A stretch of 64,000 nucleotides of DNA from Lingula anatina. Lineage: Eukaryota > Animalia > Brachiopoda. The DNA lies in contig CM120646.1 of NCBI GenBank assembly GCA_051362555.1, positions 23,436,001 through 23,500,000 on the forward strand, read 5' to 3'. The notes under the pieces were generated by a model. It made no database searches. It was not told the DNA's origin and worked only from the letters and a program-made list of their open reading frames with translations. How positions within the stretch are numbered: position 1 is the first letter of the stretch; the number at the start of each line of letters is the position of its first letter. This document shows, in pieces, positions 1 through 14,283 of the stretch. The translations under genes and the position numbers were made by a program.

Positions 1-539
1 AATGCACACACAGTGCACTTAGAATACACTTAGAATACCATTCGATATTTCATCACTTGGAATGCACTTCGAAAGTTTTGAACATGAGCAAACATTCATA
101 CCCCCGTCAAACTAGAGGCGGAATGAGCAAGAATGCCGTCGGAAAGATAATTATTTGTGCGTTCCTGGATATCCGAAGAGCATTTTAAAAATTCCGAGTG
201 CATTCCAAATATTTTTCCCATTCTTGTGGCCGACCCGAATGTTTTTCTCGTGGTAAAAGCTTTCGAAGTCCATTCCAAGTGGAAAATTATCGAATGGCAT
301 TTGAAGAGTATTCTAACTGCACTATGACTGCATTATAAATATTCTCACTGAATTGATTCTCGTTCTAAACCTTATTGGATGTAGCTCCCCGCCTTTAGTA
401 TCACTGGACTTGGTTCCCTTCCTTCACCCTTATGGGGTATGGTTCTTTTTAGGTCGATATATACCCGTATTACACAAGCAAAAGTGAAATTTCCATTGAT
501 AATAAGCACTTAGGAAACATGATAAGAAAATTAATTTAC

Positions 540-574
<35 letters not shown>

Positions 575-1400
575 TAACTTTGTACCGGATACGCACCTTG
601 CTTATATGAAAATCAGTCCCGTCTACCTTATAAAGTCCACGATGAGTTGAGACATTGTGAAATTGGAAGATAATGTTAATACCAAACTATTTTCCAAACC
701 CATTTTCCAAACCCATTTTCCCTGAAGCCCCCGTCACATTTTTTTAGAATCAGCAGGAATCAAGGAGAACCAGCCGGAATGACTAAATTTAAAAATCCGT
801 ACTACATTCGCGAAGAAATTTCAAATTGACCTAAATTCTTGTAAGAATGCCGTTGGAATACTCAGAATGCGCTTGAACCCTCCTAGAATTTGGGGTGTAT
901 TTGGGGTGTATTAGCTCTCAAATGCAGCTCAAATGTAGTTGGGAAACTAGGAATATCAATAATGCTGTCAGAATGCAGTCAGAGTATTTAGAATACACTT
1001 CGTATGCCGTACGAGTGTAGTTCGATTGCTGGCTGCAATAGGATCGAGATGCATGCGAGTTGCAGTCTGGTTCTCTCTAGCAGGATTTGAAGTGTCTTGC
1101 CATTTTGGTTCTCCCTCGAACGTGATCAGAATGTTTCGAATGCTGTCGGAATACCGTGAGAATATTTAGAATGCAGTCATAGTGCAGTTAGAATACTATT
1201 CAAATGCCATTCGATAATTTTCCACTTGGAATGCACTTCGAAAGTTTTTAACATAGGCAAAACATTCGGGCCGGCCACAAGAATGGGTAAAAATATTTGG
1301 AATGCACTCGGAATTGGAATGCTCTTCGAATATCCAGGAACGCACAAAGAACTGTCTTTCCGACGGCATTCTTGGGCAACAATTCCCGCCTCGTTGTCTT
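1..1400. repeat. Cluster of related non-autonomous DNA-transposon-like (MITE-type) copies in opposite orientations
   Basis: About 128-348 is the diverged reverse complement of about 1156-1374, and 1-98 is a direct copy of about 1170-1268. The mirrored ORFs 96..278(-) and 1226..1417(+) result from this. CCCCCGTCA terminus-like motifs lie at about 101 and 728. Confidence 0.6.
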
Positions 1401-2760
1401 CAGCAAGCCTCCCCTAACTTGAAATGAAACATCGAGACTTCTGTAAGTTCATTATATGTTCATAGTATTAGTTCTTGGTCCAAGCCGCAAAGCAGAAAAC
1501 TTGTTGACTTATCATCTAGAAACTCAAGACTCTTTACTTTTTTGTCACTGTTCTTAGACAAGACAATGTGTTATCTTTACGACTCAATATGCGAACGACC
1601 CAGACTGAATTTCTACCGGGACGACGAGTGCTGATGCCTAGTTACGTATGCTGTTTTGTATGCTGTTACTGGATGAACTTACAGACAGTTCCTTGGGTGA
1701 CCCTAAGTAGTGGCCTTTGTTCTCCAAAACAGGACATCCGTACAAATTCACCGAGACGTTCTATCGGACTTTCAGATGAGACATTATCGCCGTACATGTA
1801 CTGTTATCACAGGGGGTAGTTAGTCTGAGTTACTTCTCCAGCAGGTGGCACGTTTTAACTGACTCTACGTTTATTTCTCTGGCTGAGAGATCTAGAGTGT
1901 CCTGGGAGAGCACGGACAATCCAGCTATCAGTGCGACTGATCAGACTTACTCTGAGCTCTGATCTCCAATTTCTGATCTATACACAAAGTTCTTCTCCTT
2001 ACCTTGTATATACTAATAGACACAAAATACATTACAGTGAATCCTCAAACAAGTCAGAAATATTGAAGCCAATTAATAGAATAAAGACATGTTACTAGAG
2101 ACATGTAACATAATTAAACTGAGACTGAATTAAACTTTACCTGGGATATGAAACCAAAAAAGAAGTTATTCAATCCTTTAAAAACTGAAAACATATTTTT
2201 TAAAACATGATTACAGTTCTTTCCAATTAATAAAATAAAATTAACATATTTATGTAATATCATTATAACAGAGACATCTGAACAATGTTTACCAAATGTT
2301 GATTTAATTTGATTTAAATGTGGACGTTTCTAAAATGTTTGGTCGTGAAATCACCACTATGAGACTTTGTTGAATATAACTAAAATGAACATGACTGAAA
2401 TTGACTTGCTTGTGACTGAACATGTGCAAGTAGTCTGACATTCTACTAATCTTAAATATGGGGGCACAGTTATTTTATTTGCTCCATATTACCTTTGGTA
2501 ACGTCTCACTATTTCTGAGCTGAACTATATATCAAAAGGTATGTGGCAATAATATGAATACAGCACAATTTGAAATAATGATAATATCTCTAAACTCCAA
2601 ATTTTTCGCATGAGTGTATATATGTTTAATGTTATATATTACATGTAGTTTCAATATTTCAATCAAGTGTTATCGTTACAAGCATGTTAGAAATATCAAA
2701 GCATATCCATGTTGCTGTATGTTATCATGCAGGTATAATTGTGCATATATATATATATGT

Positions 2761-2796
<36 letters not shown>

Positions 2797-2871
2797 TCAT
2801 ACCGAGATATTGTAGAACATTCACTGTAAGCAAGACAGTATGTGCAATTTACACACATATTTTCATTCCAG

Positions 2872-5800
2872 AGCCAGGAAAACCTGGGGAAGTTACCAAA
2901 GATGAGACGCTCTCTGCGGAATCAATATCATTGTCCTGGGGTGTGAGTGAAGGCAATGTCACTGGATATGAAATAGAATACGGAAGAGAAGACAGAACCA
3001 CTAGACAAACACTGAGTTCAAGTGCTCCAAATTGTGTCATCGATGATATATCGCCTGGTGTACCTTATAGCTATAAAGTGTACGCTATAAGTAACGGGGA
3101 GAGAGGCGACCCTTCTTGGTTTATCGCAGCCACAGGTAAAAATAAAGTAATCACTTCAAAAACCACATGGAAAATGGTGGTGGTTATTTTACAAAAATAA
3201 CCATGATTTATTGCATGCATTTGGGGATAGAACTATAATAATATATGATATTTACATTATGCCACGAAGAATTGACGATGCTTATCTGAAAATTAATACT
3301 TAAAACGATTCATCATATAGGCATTCGATTCTCTAAGCTGTTGCTTCTTATATAAAACACTATTAGATCATAAGCAAAAGGTATAAAGTGTTTATTCCCA
3401 TTACAGATTTACCGTGTCCCGAAAATTTCAAAACGGTCGAAAGCGAGCCAACCACACGCTCAATTGAATTACAGTGGGATGCACCGCCGTCTATTGCTGC
3501 CGGTTCTTGGTCATATGTGGTAAAACATCGTCGTTTTGGATCTTTTGACAGATACCAAAATGATCATGCGGTTTCAGCTCAAAAGGTGCAAATCATTGGA
3601 TTAGTTCCCGGCAGAGAGTATGAATTTTCCCTTCAAGTAACTGGATGGAAAAATGAAGTTGGTTACTCTACAAGCAAAGAGGTGTTTTGCACAGGAGCAA
3701 CAGGTACATGCACTTAATATATTTATATATAATAATACCGCCCCTTGAGCATAAAAGGCATCAAATGAATTGTCTGAGTTTAACCTATACGTTTAAGATT
3801 GACTTGCAACATATGCTTTTTACGACATTTTGGTAGCTATACAACAAAAGCTTTTTGTTTAATAATAAAATTACAAGGCACATGGAAAGCTGCAATGTAA
3901 TTATAAATTTATCTAGGTGATTTAGAACGAATATTTTCTTTTAAAAAGTAAATACTTTTTCAGATTATTTTTTGTTTGTTGTATAAGCTCTAGTTCCTAT
4001 GATACAGTCATAAGATTATGTATGTGTGCATTTATTCCATCTAACGTAAGAAGATCAGATACAATTATAACGTCAGAAAATACAATAGAGCGAGTGTGAT
4101 AATGATAGGGTCGCTAAACGAATTTGACGGAATATAGTGACTAGCCTAATCCTGTTGTCGCCTGGTTAGGCACGCCCCCTTAGAGTACTTATGTAAACAA
4201 AATGTCTTCCATAGAGAACTATCCTTTTGTTCAACAGCTTTGCGCGTGCAGCGGATTATGTATATAGTGACGCTATACAGCTAAATGCAGTAAAATCTGT
4301 GAAAGCTGTTATTTAATTTATTCTGCTGTGTCGGACGTTGTGGGCCAGCCCAATGGTTCATTCATTCATTCTTTTCTGAAGATTGGTGATGCATATTTTG
4401 AATGCTTAATTATTTGCCCTCCTTCTTACAAGAGAAAGGAAAAGGGGAGAGAAACAGTGTCAAATAAAAAGGGTAAAGAGTAATATAATACATTAATTAA
4501 AGGGACTCGCGGTGGAAGAAACGATAGACTGTTTTGCATCAAGGTATGCAATTATAATCCCACATGGCCATCGCATATACGGCCGTAGATTAAATACATT
4601 ACTCATAGTTGTATTAAATTACATTATTTTGCTGAATAGACATACATTTTAAAGTTGGTCTTTCAGGAAATCGTTTTGTTTGAAATAACACAAACGAGGT
4701 AAAATCACATATAAATTTATTTTGAAATGAAATGTTTCGCTAGATCTTGTTAACACTCAGCGAAATGCACCTAGTAATTACATTCAATGTGCCATCATTT
4801 AATTGCTTTCTCGGTTTCATTAATTGACGATAATAATTGCAGTAAGCAAGAAGGAGGAAATGCTGAAGACAAAACAACGTCGTGGGTATGTGTGACTTTC
4901 TCCCTTAACATTTTCTATGATGCTGTCAAAGAAAAAGGAACCGAGATAGCGATCATTTAAACCGCTGCTGTTTACAGGTGGACTTCTTCGTTTATCATTT
5001 AAATGCCCCCCTCCCCCAGCAGACCCAGCTTGAGGAATGCCATTGTAGCTACAGTACACTGTATATCAAACTTCGGTCCAAGTTATGAAATGTTTAAGCA
5101 CAAAACGATAATTTGAGGGTATTTTTTCATTCAAGACAAAATTCAATAACTATGATGTGTGACAAAAGAGACTTTACAAAGCTTTACGTGTACTTAGATA
5201 TATTCCAGTAACCTATGGAGATAGGCTAGCGACGTAATTGTAACCTCAACAGGCAGTGTCCCCGATGAAAGCAAGCACCACAATAAACACTGAAAGGCGG
5301 GGTACAAAAATTAACTTTTTTAAATATCGATTACAACATGCTGTACAATGACTGAGTCGTGAAAGGGGTATTGGACTTCTTTGCGTTAAAAACAAATTCA
5401 TTTCGAAATAAAAAGAGCATTTTTGGGGGGCGCGTGGGGGGGAGGTAAATAGTAACTCATTCCGTAATCCTTCCTGCACATTTATTTAATCGTATCAAAA
5501 CGTATGATACACAATGTTCACTAGTGTCATTATTTTGGCGATTTATTAAAACCATATTTGTACAAAGTAGGTTAGCATAAGTTAGGCAACAACCAGTGTG
5601 AAGAACAACTCCCTTTTTAAGTGAGGCAAGACAACCTATTCAAACTGATTATAACCTTGATAAAGACACAAGGCAAAGAAGTTATGTAAACTAGCGTGTG
5701 AAAACACATTCTTTGTCACTGTTACAAGACAATGGAGGCGACCAAGTGGAGTAATTACAATATACCCCTGTACAGTCAAAGAGAAATTAGTTATGAAAGC

Positions 5801-7093
5801 TTACTTCAGGTCAGCCATTAATTTGCTTGTCCGAAAGAAAGAGATAGATGTCGCAACGCGAATCCTTTTTATTTATTAACCCTTCATGAGTTTGTGTAAA
5901 AGTGTGAAAGACAGGCAACGATCTCGAGTCGCTGTTGATATTGTTCGCAATTAATATTGGAGTATACCGCCTACATGTAAACATCAGACAAGGCGTTGAG
6001 ATCGATAAAAGTGGAGGTTTATCTGAAAAATTATATGCCATTTTTGTGAAATGACTTATTAAGTGATGTGCATGCATGTACCGAACTTGTTTAAATTCTT
6101 GATTTTTATTATTTGAAACATCTTCATACACGACCTCATATTTATATTTCTCTCAGGCCATACTCATTTTATTACATGAGACTCTAAAGCACAGGGCATT
6201 GTGAAAGTTAATTGGCTACAGAGACTTGTTATCCTTCATGCATTTTTATAGCGTGGATGAACTAGAAACAGGCTTTACTTAGCTTTACTTAATTTTCGAA
6301 AATTTAAACAAAATCAATGCTTTGTCTTGATGTTAACTTAACACTGGTTTTAAAAGAAGAAATATAAATATGTTGGATGGATTAAATCACCGACACCGTT
6401 CTATTTTAACTAAACGTGGTCATATACACAGTAACACAGATAATATTTATAAGTTGTCTGTCGTTCAGCACGCATTATGGGCGAGTAGCCAAACAGTGAC
6501 GATGATCAATCCAAGTAAAATCTATGCAAGTATTGTTTACAAAATAGATCATGATGAATAAACCTACGCTTTAATAAATAATCACCACACGGTTCTGTTT
6601 TTGTCACTTAAAAGCTTTCGTTTAAAGACGCTCAATGATATCAAAAATGCTTCGACGCTTTAAAAATGGGCCGGTGTGAAGGGAATGGATGTCCGCCGTA
6701 ATGCATGTCCGTGGGACATGTATTCCTAGGCATTAATGTCCTGCGGACACTAAGTCCTGGGAATGCATGTCCTGGCTCTTCCATTCCTAGGAACGCATGT
6801 CCTAGGACATAATTTCCTGGGATTTAACGTCCAGTGGACATCCATTACTTAGTATTCTAAGTCCTGCAGACAGGTATCGATGTCCTAGTCGGACGTATTT
6901 TCCCAGCTAGACTAGTAATAGATGTCTTCCGACATTTTCATATGAATGATGTGTTAATTTTAGAAGTTTTAAACGCGATGTTTAAGAATGTTATTACGCT
7001 TATTAGAATTATTTGTATACATGTACCTCTATACATACTTTATTCGGCTAACATAAGATATTTTACGTAAACGAAAAAAATGACTTCAAATTG

Positions 7094-7161
<68 letters not shown>

Positions 7162-10100
7162 TCCGATTAATATGATAAAATACAACTGTATGTCTGGGGA
7201 ACACAGCTTTGGATTTTGGCTCGTGCCCATTTCTAACTAATATGTGTTTGTCCTTAGACGCATCACATTACATTTTACGTTTTACGGGGTGTTTTTAGGT
7301 AAAATACGAGTGTGTGAAATAATACACAGCCACCCTCTCGTGATATACTCACAAGTGCGTGTTGAACACTTCTCAATGACGTTCGAGCTGTTCAGGTACT
7401 GATATACATATCGTTCGGGTGAAAGTTAATTATTTTATACTTAGTGCCTTGATTTTCATTGGGAATATTTGTAGTTAGAGAGACATGATATGCAGTTTGA
7501 GACTGTAAATGAAACGTGTATAAGTGTATGATAAATAAATTGAATGTGTCTGTTATTGTTTATACGTGCATTTTTACTATTAGTATTAAAATTCTTTTGA
7601 GCGCAATTTTTCCTTGCATATGGATCCCGAACTTCCCATTTTAATTCTTTGTGTTTTTTGGTGAAATTAGAAAGTATATGCTCTTTTGCGTACAATTATC
7701 CAATAAAATTCACCCACGGCCTCGTATAATCACCCTCGAGTTACTAAAGGAATTCTAAAATAGCACAACGTTAAAAATTAAAAATGATGATATTTATATC
7801 AAACAGTTAAAAATCTCGTCTCATAAAAAAATCCAAATAGTATAACAACATGTAGTGCGTTTATTTCGTTGAAATGGAGAGTAAATTAGGATAACATTTG
7901 CATATAGAATAACATCGCTGCTTAGGATTCGAACTCACTTACGTTTCTCTACGCTGTTGGTAATTCATCCAGCCGTCTTACTGATGAGCCTGTGTGGAAG
8001 CTGCTGCCAGCCGACCGAAAATTACCGATACTTATGGCCCTGTGTTTATAATTATTGTGCGGACATTAATTATGTAGGACATGCGTTTCTGTGTATATGT
8101 GAAAGGAAACTATGTCCGACAGGAATACATGTCCTACCTGCGTATAAATAAAGCTGGGAATCTAGGTCCGGGTAGGACAGTACATGTACATCCTAGGGAA
8201 CGCACGTCCATAGGAAATGTTTTCCCAGGAACGGAGGTCCGGAGGGGACATGCATTCCTTTCACACCGGTTCAAGGGGCATTTTTTGTTTCAGCTAGGGG
8301 GACTTCAGGTAGAGGATTCAGTGTAGGTGTTTCCTCGGATGATAACAGCATCACACCCTAGGTCTAAGCGAGTTGACTAGAAGCTTTTTGTCCAAGCATC
8401 CTATTCCTACTACTAAACTAATAACTCTAAACCACAAAGGTTTATGCGGTAAAAATATTTAAACTAAATGAGGTGCATTGACAGAGGCACAAGTACAGTA
8501 CAACCCAACGCCAACGTGCAACAGGGGAAAGTCTGACAGTGTATTACATAATATATGAAAGTGCGGTCAATATTAACAGTGTAAGACATCAGTTAAATAG
8601 GAGGGGGTCTTACTATCTTTTGTTAAACGCGACTGTTATTATCTCTCGAACAAGCTTAAACCATGCCTTATACAATTACTGTGTCTCCGGCTGTCGTGCA
8701 GAAACGGCATGTCGAACATATTTTGCTACAGTTACAAACAGGGAAAACTAGCGACTTAATTGTTCTAGATCGCTCTAGTAAGAAAGCATAAGTGCGGCGC
8801 CCGGGCAAAACAATCAACTACCGGTTATAACATTCATATCTTAGCGTTTACATATGACTCGCAAAGAGCTAGGTAAATATGACGCGCAAAGAGCTAAGCA
8901 ATTAGCCTTGACAAAGTGGTCCGTTTTTAAACAACAACGAGAAAAAAGAACGCCTTGTCATAGTTATGAGACAAATCGCTTGCAACGTGCAACAAGGGGG
9001 ATGGCTGACAGTGTGGTCACACTACATGTTTATGAAAGTACGTTGAATTAACAGTCTTCGACATCGCCCAAAGAGGAGGGACTTACTGTAGCCCTCAATC
9101 TATTGTTAAACGCGATCATTATCTTTTCTCATACAACCTTAAACAAAACCTAAACAATAAGATTGTTAAATCAGATAAGTGATGTAAAATCATATTGGAA
9201 ATTTACGTTGACGACGGAGACTTTCATTCGCAAAGTTAATGAAACAAGACTGGTCCAAGTTAACTGCCCATATTGAATAAATCTTAGACTGTTAAACCTA
9301 AAGCCCTGCTTTACTTTGGTAATAGTTATTTAGTAACCTAGGTTTATTCACATATATCATAAAGCATAAGGGCCTTGCGCTGCAAACAACCCATTTTGAA
9401 CGCAATCGTCATCGCTCCCGAACAACCTGAAATCATGCCTATACAATATTAGGAGATGCACGTCGAGTAAAAGATTCAACACCTGGGTGCCCAGCACTAT
9501 TATGAAAAGGAAAAATGACTTGACGCTTCATGCACAATCATCATCGAAAGCCTAGTATCATTATGCTTCGTGCGCAGTCGATTTTTATCAAAATAAAAAG
9601 TGTGTTTTATACAAGCAAAATCTAACTTTCCTTTATAACTGTTACTGAACAGCAAAGAGTTACATACACCCGGTTATAAAATTACAAATGTAATTATGAG
9701 GCTAATTTATCTAATGTGGAATGAAATATTTTGTTGGCTTTCAACTGATAGGACACTCACTTTAATCTTAAAAGAAGTTAGTTTATATGCTCGTTCCCCT
9801 AACGCGCGTGCAAAAAAGTCCCATCAAATAAACAGATACATATCTGTCTATACTGGCAACTAGTGAAAGTCTATCTGTGGCCCTGATAATAGGTAGACAC
9901 TCACCGCGTTGATTATTTCTTCACAGCGATTTATTCATTTAATTATTAAACTATAAATTATTTATGAAATTATTTGAAATATGTATGTCAAATTTTACCC
10001 AGAGTGGACCTTTTTTTCAGCAAAAGGGGGGGGGGGTCTTTCGAACCTCCCGAACTCCCCCTGGCTGCGGGCCTGTTTATTTATTTATTTATTTATTAAG

Positions 10101-12434
10101 ACTATCTATTATTATCCTTTTACGGATTCGCTCTATTATTTTATATAAAATGTAACTTAATGTAGTAATTGAGGCAACACGTCAGCTTGTAATGTGAATA
10201 AATTGTTTTAATAATGTTTCTTTCTTTGTTATTTCTAAACAGTAATATATTTTTACACAGGTAGCGATGACGGAAATTTGTGTGCGGAGCATCTTTCAAC
10301 TTTTTGAGACGGGATGATTTGTTGATCATGCTGATGTACGATGCTGATGCATGTCTATGGAATTCAATTTTTGACCACTGAACACTTCATATTGAATTAA
10401 ATAACTGATACTAAATAAAACTAGCAGTTTTCTTGCAACACTTAAAACATGATCAGCTGCGCGTGCAAAGCTAATGAGCAAAAGGATAGGTGGCCACGGG
10501 AGTGGCACGCGTTAGCACGGGTTCTAGCATCTTAAAGCTATAATCCTATCGCCGCAACAAACAATGGGCACCTTCTGGCTGATGTATCCTGCTGTTAATT
10601 ACACCTAGTCACAGCGGATTGTCGCGCTCGCGCTGGACCACAGAAACAAGCGTCATGGGGTTCACTCGCCTAAGGTATTGTGCGTTATTACGTCTAAACT
10701 ATTGTGTTTTTGCGTTCGAATTTTGAAGGGATTAGACGGCTTTCCATTGTTTGTCCGCCCCCTTCTATTCACAGGATAGGGATTAAAACATTTCTGACCT
10801 TTTTAAAACGTCGTACAACGGAAACATAATTATTATTACTACTGTATATATCTCAACAAAACTAGTGCTGCGTAATCAGACATTCTGAAGTGATAAAAAC
10901 AGAAACATTGCTGATACATTATTTAAAAAGGGGGAAATAAATAAATATGAAGCAGACCGCGGAGAGCGATCATATAAAGACTAGTGTTAACTGTGGACTA
11001 GACTGCATATTGATTTTTGCCTTCATGTAGGGTAGTATTGACAAAGGCCGCTGGCTAAATCTGAGCACCATTCTCTTCTTAAAGATTTTTTGTATAAAAT
11101 TAATGATTTCATTCAGCTGGCTTTCAGTATAGTTTATCCTCACGTAGATGGATAGTAGTAGTAGTAACTGGCTATTTTGCCTGATAGCCAGTCATAAAGA
11201 TGGAATCATATCCGAGCAGAATTTGTTGCTCTAATATACCGAGCGTTCCTTAAGGTAGACAGTCTGTTTCACAATTATTTTGTTGATTTTGTCCCTGTCC
11301 TAGACGGACTTTACTCCAAAGTGCTCAATTTAACCAGTAAACCGGCCATGACAGGATCACTGGCTTGGGTTTGTGTTTGATTAATTCTAGCTGACCGTAA
11401 TTAATTTATTACATTCTATCCCCGTCTTGTGCCATACCCCTGAAGCAGCCTCTTCTCCGATCCTTGCCACGCCTTTTTTTTTTTTTACTTATTTGACATA
11501 TTTCACCCTCTTTGTTGCAAAATGTTGCCTCCTATCTTAATGTTCGACTGCTGTGCAGCAGCACGCGATATCTATTATAATGCAGAACAAAATGAATAAC
11601 AACGAATGGCAAATAATGAGTTCTGTCTGCTTAATCTCATCCTGTCTCAACTACATTATTCAAATTCTTGTCACCCGCGGAACTAAAAAATGCACATATG
11701 TGCTTATCATTAAACTCCAAATTACACAGATACAAATGTTAAATTTACAGTGAAGCCAATTTTCTAAAGATACTCGTTTTTTTTAGACAGAAACTAATTC
11801 CTTCATACAGATTAACTAATTAAATAACTAATTAACTAATTTACCTCGTTCGAGATCTAAATCCTTATGCACAACTCAACCTGCGTGCTGCCAAGACATC
11901 TCAAGGTTCTGAGCTGTATACCGCTAAGTGACAGCACGCATATAAAAAAGACATGTGCAAGGCATCCAGGACTAACTATAGAGCAATGCAAACTCTTAGA
12001 GACCGTCCAAAGTCGTCCTTTGAAGGTTATTTTCTCTGACCTACACTATGAAAAGCCCTAACCTGGCAAATATGTGTACTTTAGATAAACGAAGGGAAGA
12101 TCTGTGCAAAACTTTCTTTTACAAAATAGCTGAACCCTCTGACAAACTGAATCACATTTTAATTGAGCAACCCAATCGTCTTTTAAGATCAAACAATAGA
12201 TACAAAGTTCCAAAATATAAGACTGATAGATTCCGATGCTCTTTTATTCCATATGCACTTTTAAATGCCCAATAGTATAATGTTTTCTTTTATTCTAAGT
12301 ACAGTAATTTTAAAGTTCAAGTAGCAGTCTTTTAATTCAGTTTCATTCAAGCAAATATTATTTTATTATCATTATAATCTTCTTAACAATTTGTACAACT
12401 TCAACACACTGGGTTGCAATTTTAATTAATTATA

Positions 12435-12476
<42 letters not shown>

Positions 12477-13352
12477 ATTATTATTATTATTATTAATGAC
12501 TCTGTCGCAAGCGAGAGCAACTGTAGTAACAGTCGCCGTCACAGTTACAATTTGGATCATAAGCACCTGCACTTTCACTGTCCCCAGTGCCTCATACTTT
12601 GAAAATCTGGTCCTCTTCTTCATCATCAGCCTGATGCACTCAAATCACTGTCATCTGCGGAATTATCCTACTCTTAGATTTTTTGTATCTTTCCTTTCTT
12701 CATATATTCCATTGGTCTGTATTTGTTTGTCATATTTTAAATAAGTGTAATTTACAAAATAAAATATCATGTACAAAAAATCTAAATAGCGGAAATCTGG
12801 TGATGTCGTAAAGGACCTAAGCGCCGTTTTGTTTTTAGGAAGATAACCATAAACTATTCCAAAGCTGTGAACATATCTCTTGAAAGCTAATAAAAATTGA
12901 CAAATTTATGGAATTTCATAGAGCATGTATAATAAAAAGTCGCTAATAAATATGCACTTAGGAGTTGTGACCGACGTCACCAGTTACGGAAAAGTTTCAT
13001 TAACAGAGACACGTTTTGTAAATATATAATTATTGCTTATTGAATGATGTCAAGTACGGTAGTTGCATATGAAGCGATTCTGCAATATGTTTCTTAAGAG
13101 GGCAAACGAAAAGATGATAAAGTAGTAGGTGCCATTTCTAGTAGTACATGTATAGATCATTGATGCAGGCTTTTGAATTAAGTTCTTGATTGCTACTGGC
13201 CCTCTGTTGGCAGCGTGTACAAAATTTTCAGCATCACATTGGATATAAATGGACCAGGTTTAATGGCAGTGTGTATCGGCAGAAGTGTGAATGCGGTTGT
13301 TTTTTCAGTTACAGACGCTTCACACGCTTTATTTGTACTCATATCAGTGCCA

Positions 13353-13432
<80 letters not shown>

Positions 13433-14244
13433 TTTTTTGTTATTCATAGGCCCAGAACCAGTCTACGACCTGATGTGGGATACACCCTCCAATACACTTA
13501 CTTGGGAAAAGCCAGACGGTGATGTTGAAAGATATGATGTTACAGTGCAAACGGGAACAGATATTAGAACGTATCAAACAACGACCTGCAGATATACATT
13601 ACAACATGTTGAAAAAGGAGAACCCTATGTTTTCAGTGTCGTTGCGATAAGCAATGACAAGGCAAGCAAGGCGGTTTTAAAAAAAGAAACAATAGGTGTG
13701 TATTTTAGGGTACTGTTGAAAGTTAACCTTTCTTCTTATTCCAAATGTTCTTGACATAGGCCTCTGTGAACACTATTCCCGTGTCTTTTCACATTAAAAA
13801 TGTCCCAGCATGTCATAAATTCAAAAGCATGTCATAAATTGGAATGTACATACATGTTATGGCGACGTATTTGATTTCTAGCACCTGGCTACCCTAAATT
13901 TGTAAAGGAAAAGATATCGGCTACAACAACCTCAGTCACCCTTCACTGGACTCCACCTGGTGGGAAAGTAAAGCACTACGTATTGCATTATCAACGGGTG
14001 GATGAATACATTGGTTGGGTCACACGATGGTGGTGCGTGCATGAAAATATCGTAATGACGTGTTGTAGTACACTGGAGAACCTTAAGCCAGGGGTGAAGT
14101 ACCGCTTTAAAGTATTCGCTGAGGTAGATGGTTACAGATACGAGAAATGTGATGTCATAGAAGTCGCAACAGGTATGCTGTGCTTTTTAACCTGCACCTA
14201 CCTTTTGTTGTGAATTTTAATTATTCCACACCATGCACTGTACA

Positions 14245-14283
<39 letters not shown>

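Noticed and set aside
1440-2520. Possible solo LTR or retroelement leader
   Set aside because: The composition is suggestive, but I could not define termini, a target duplication or a primer-binding site.
2614-2860. ORFs with CVCVCV, THTHTH, YIYIYI, NNNN or ERERER runs (also near 12.4, 13.2, 35.4, 47.2, 56.7 and 59.8 kb)
   Set aside because: Translations of microsatellites. Where they extend real exons, the true boundary is the splice acceptor.
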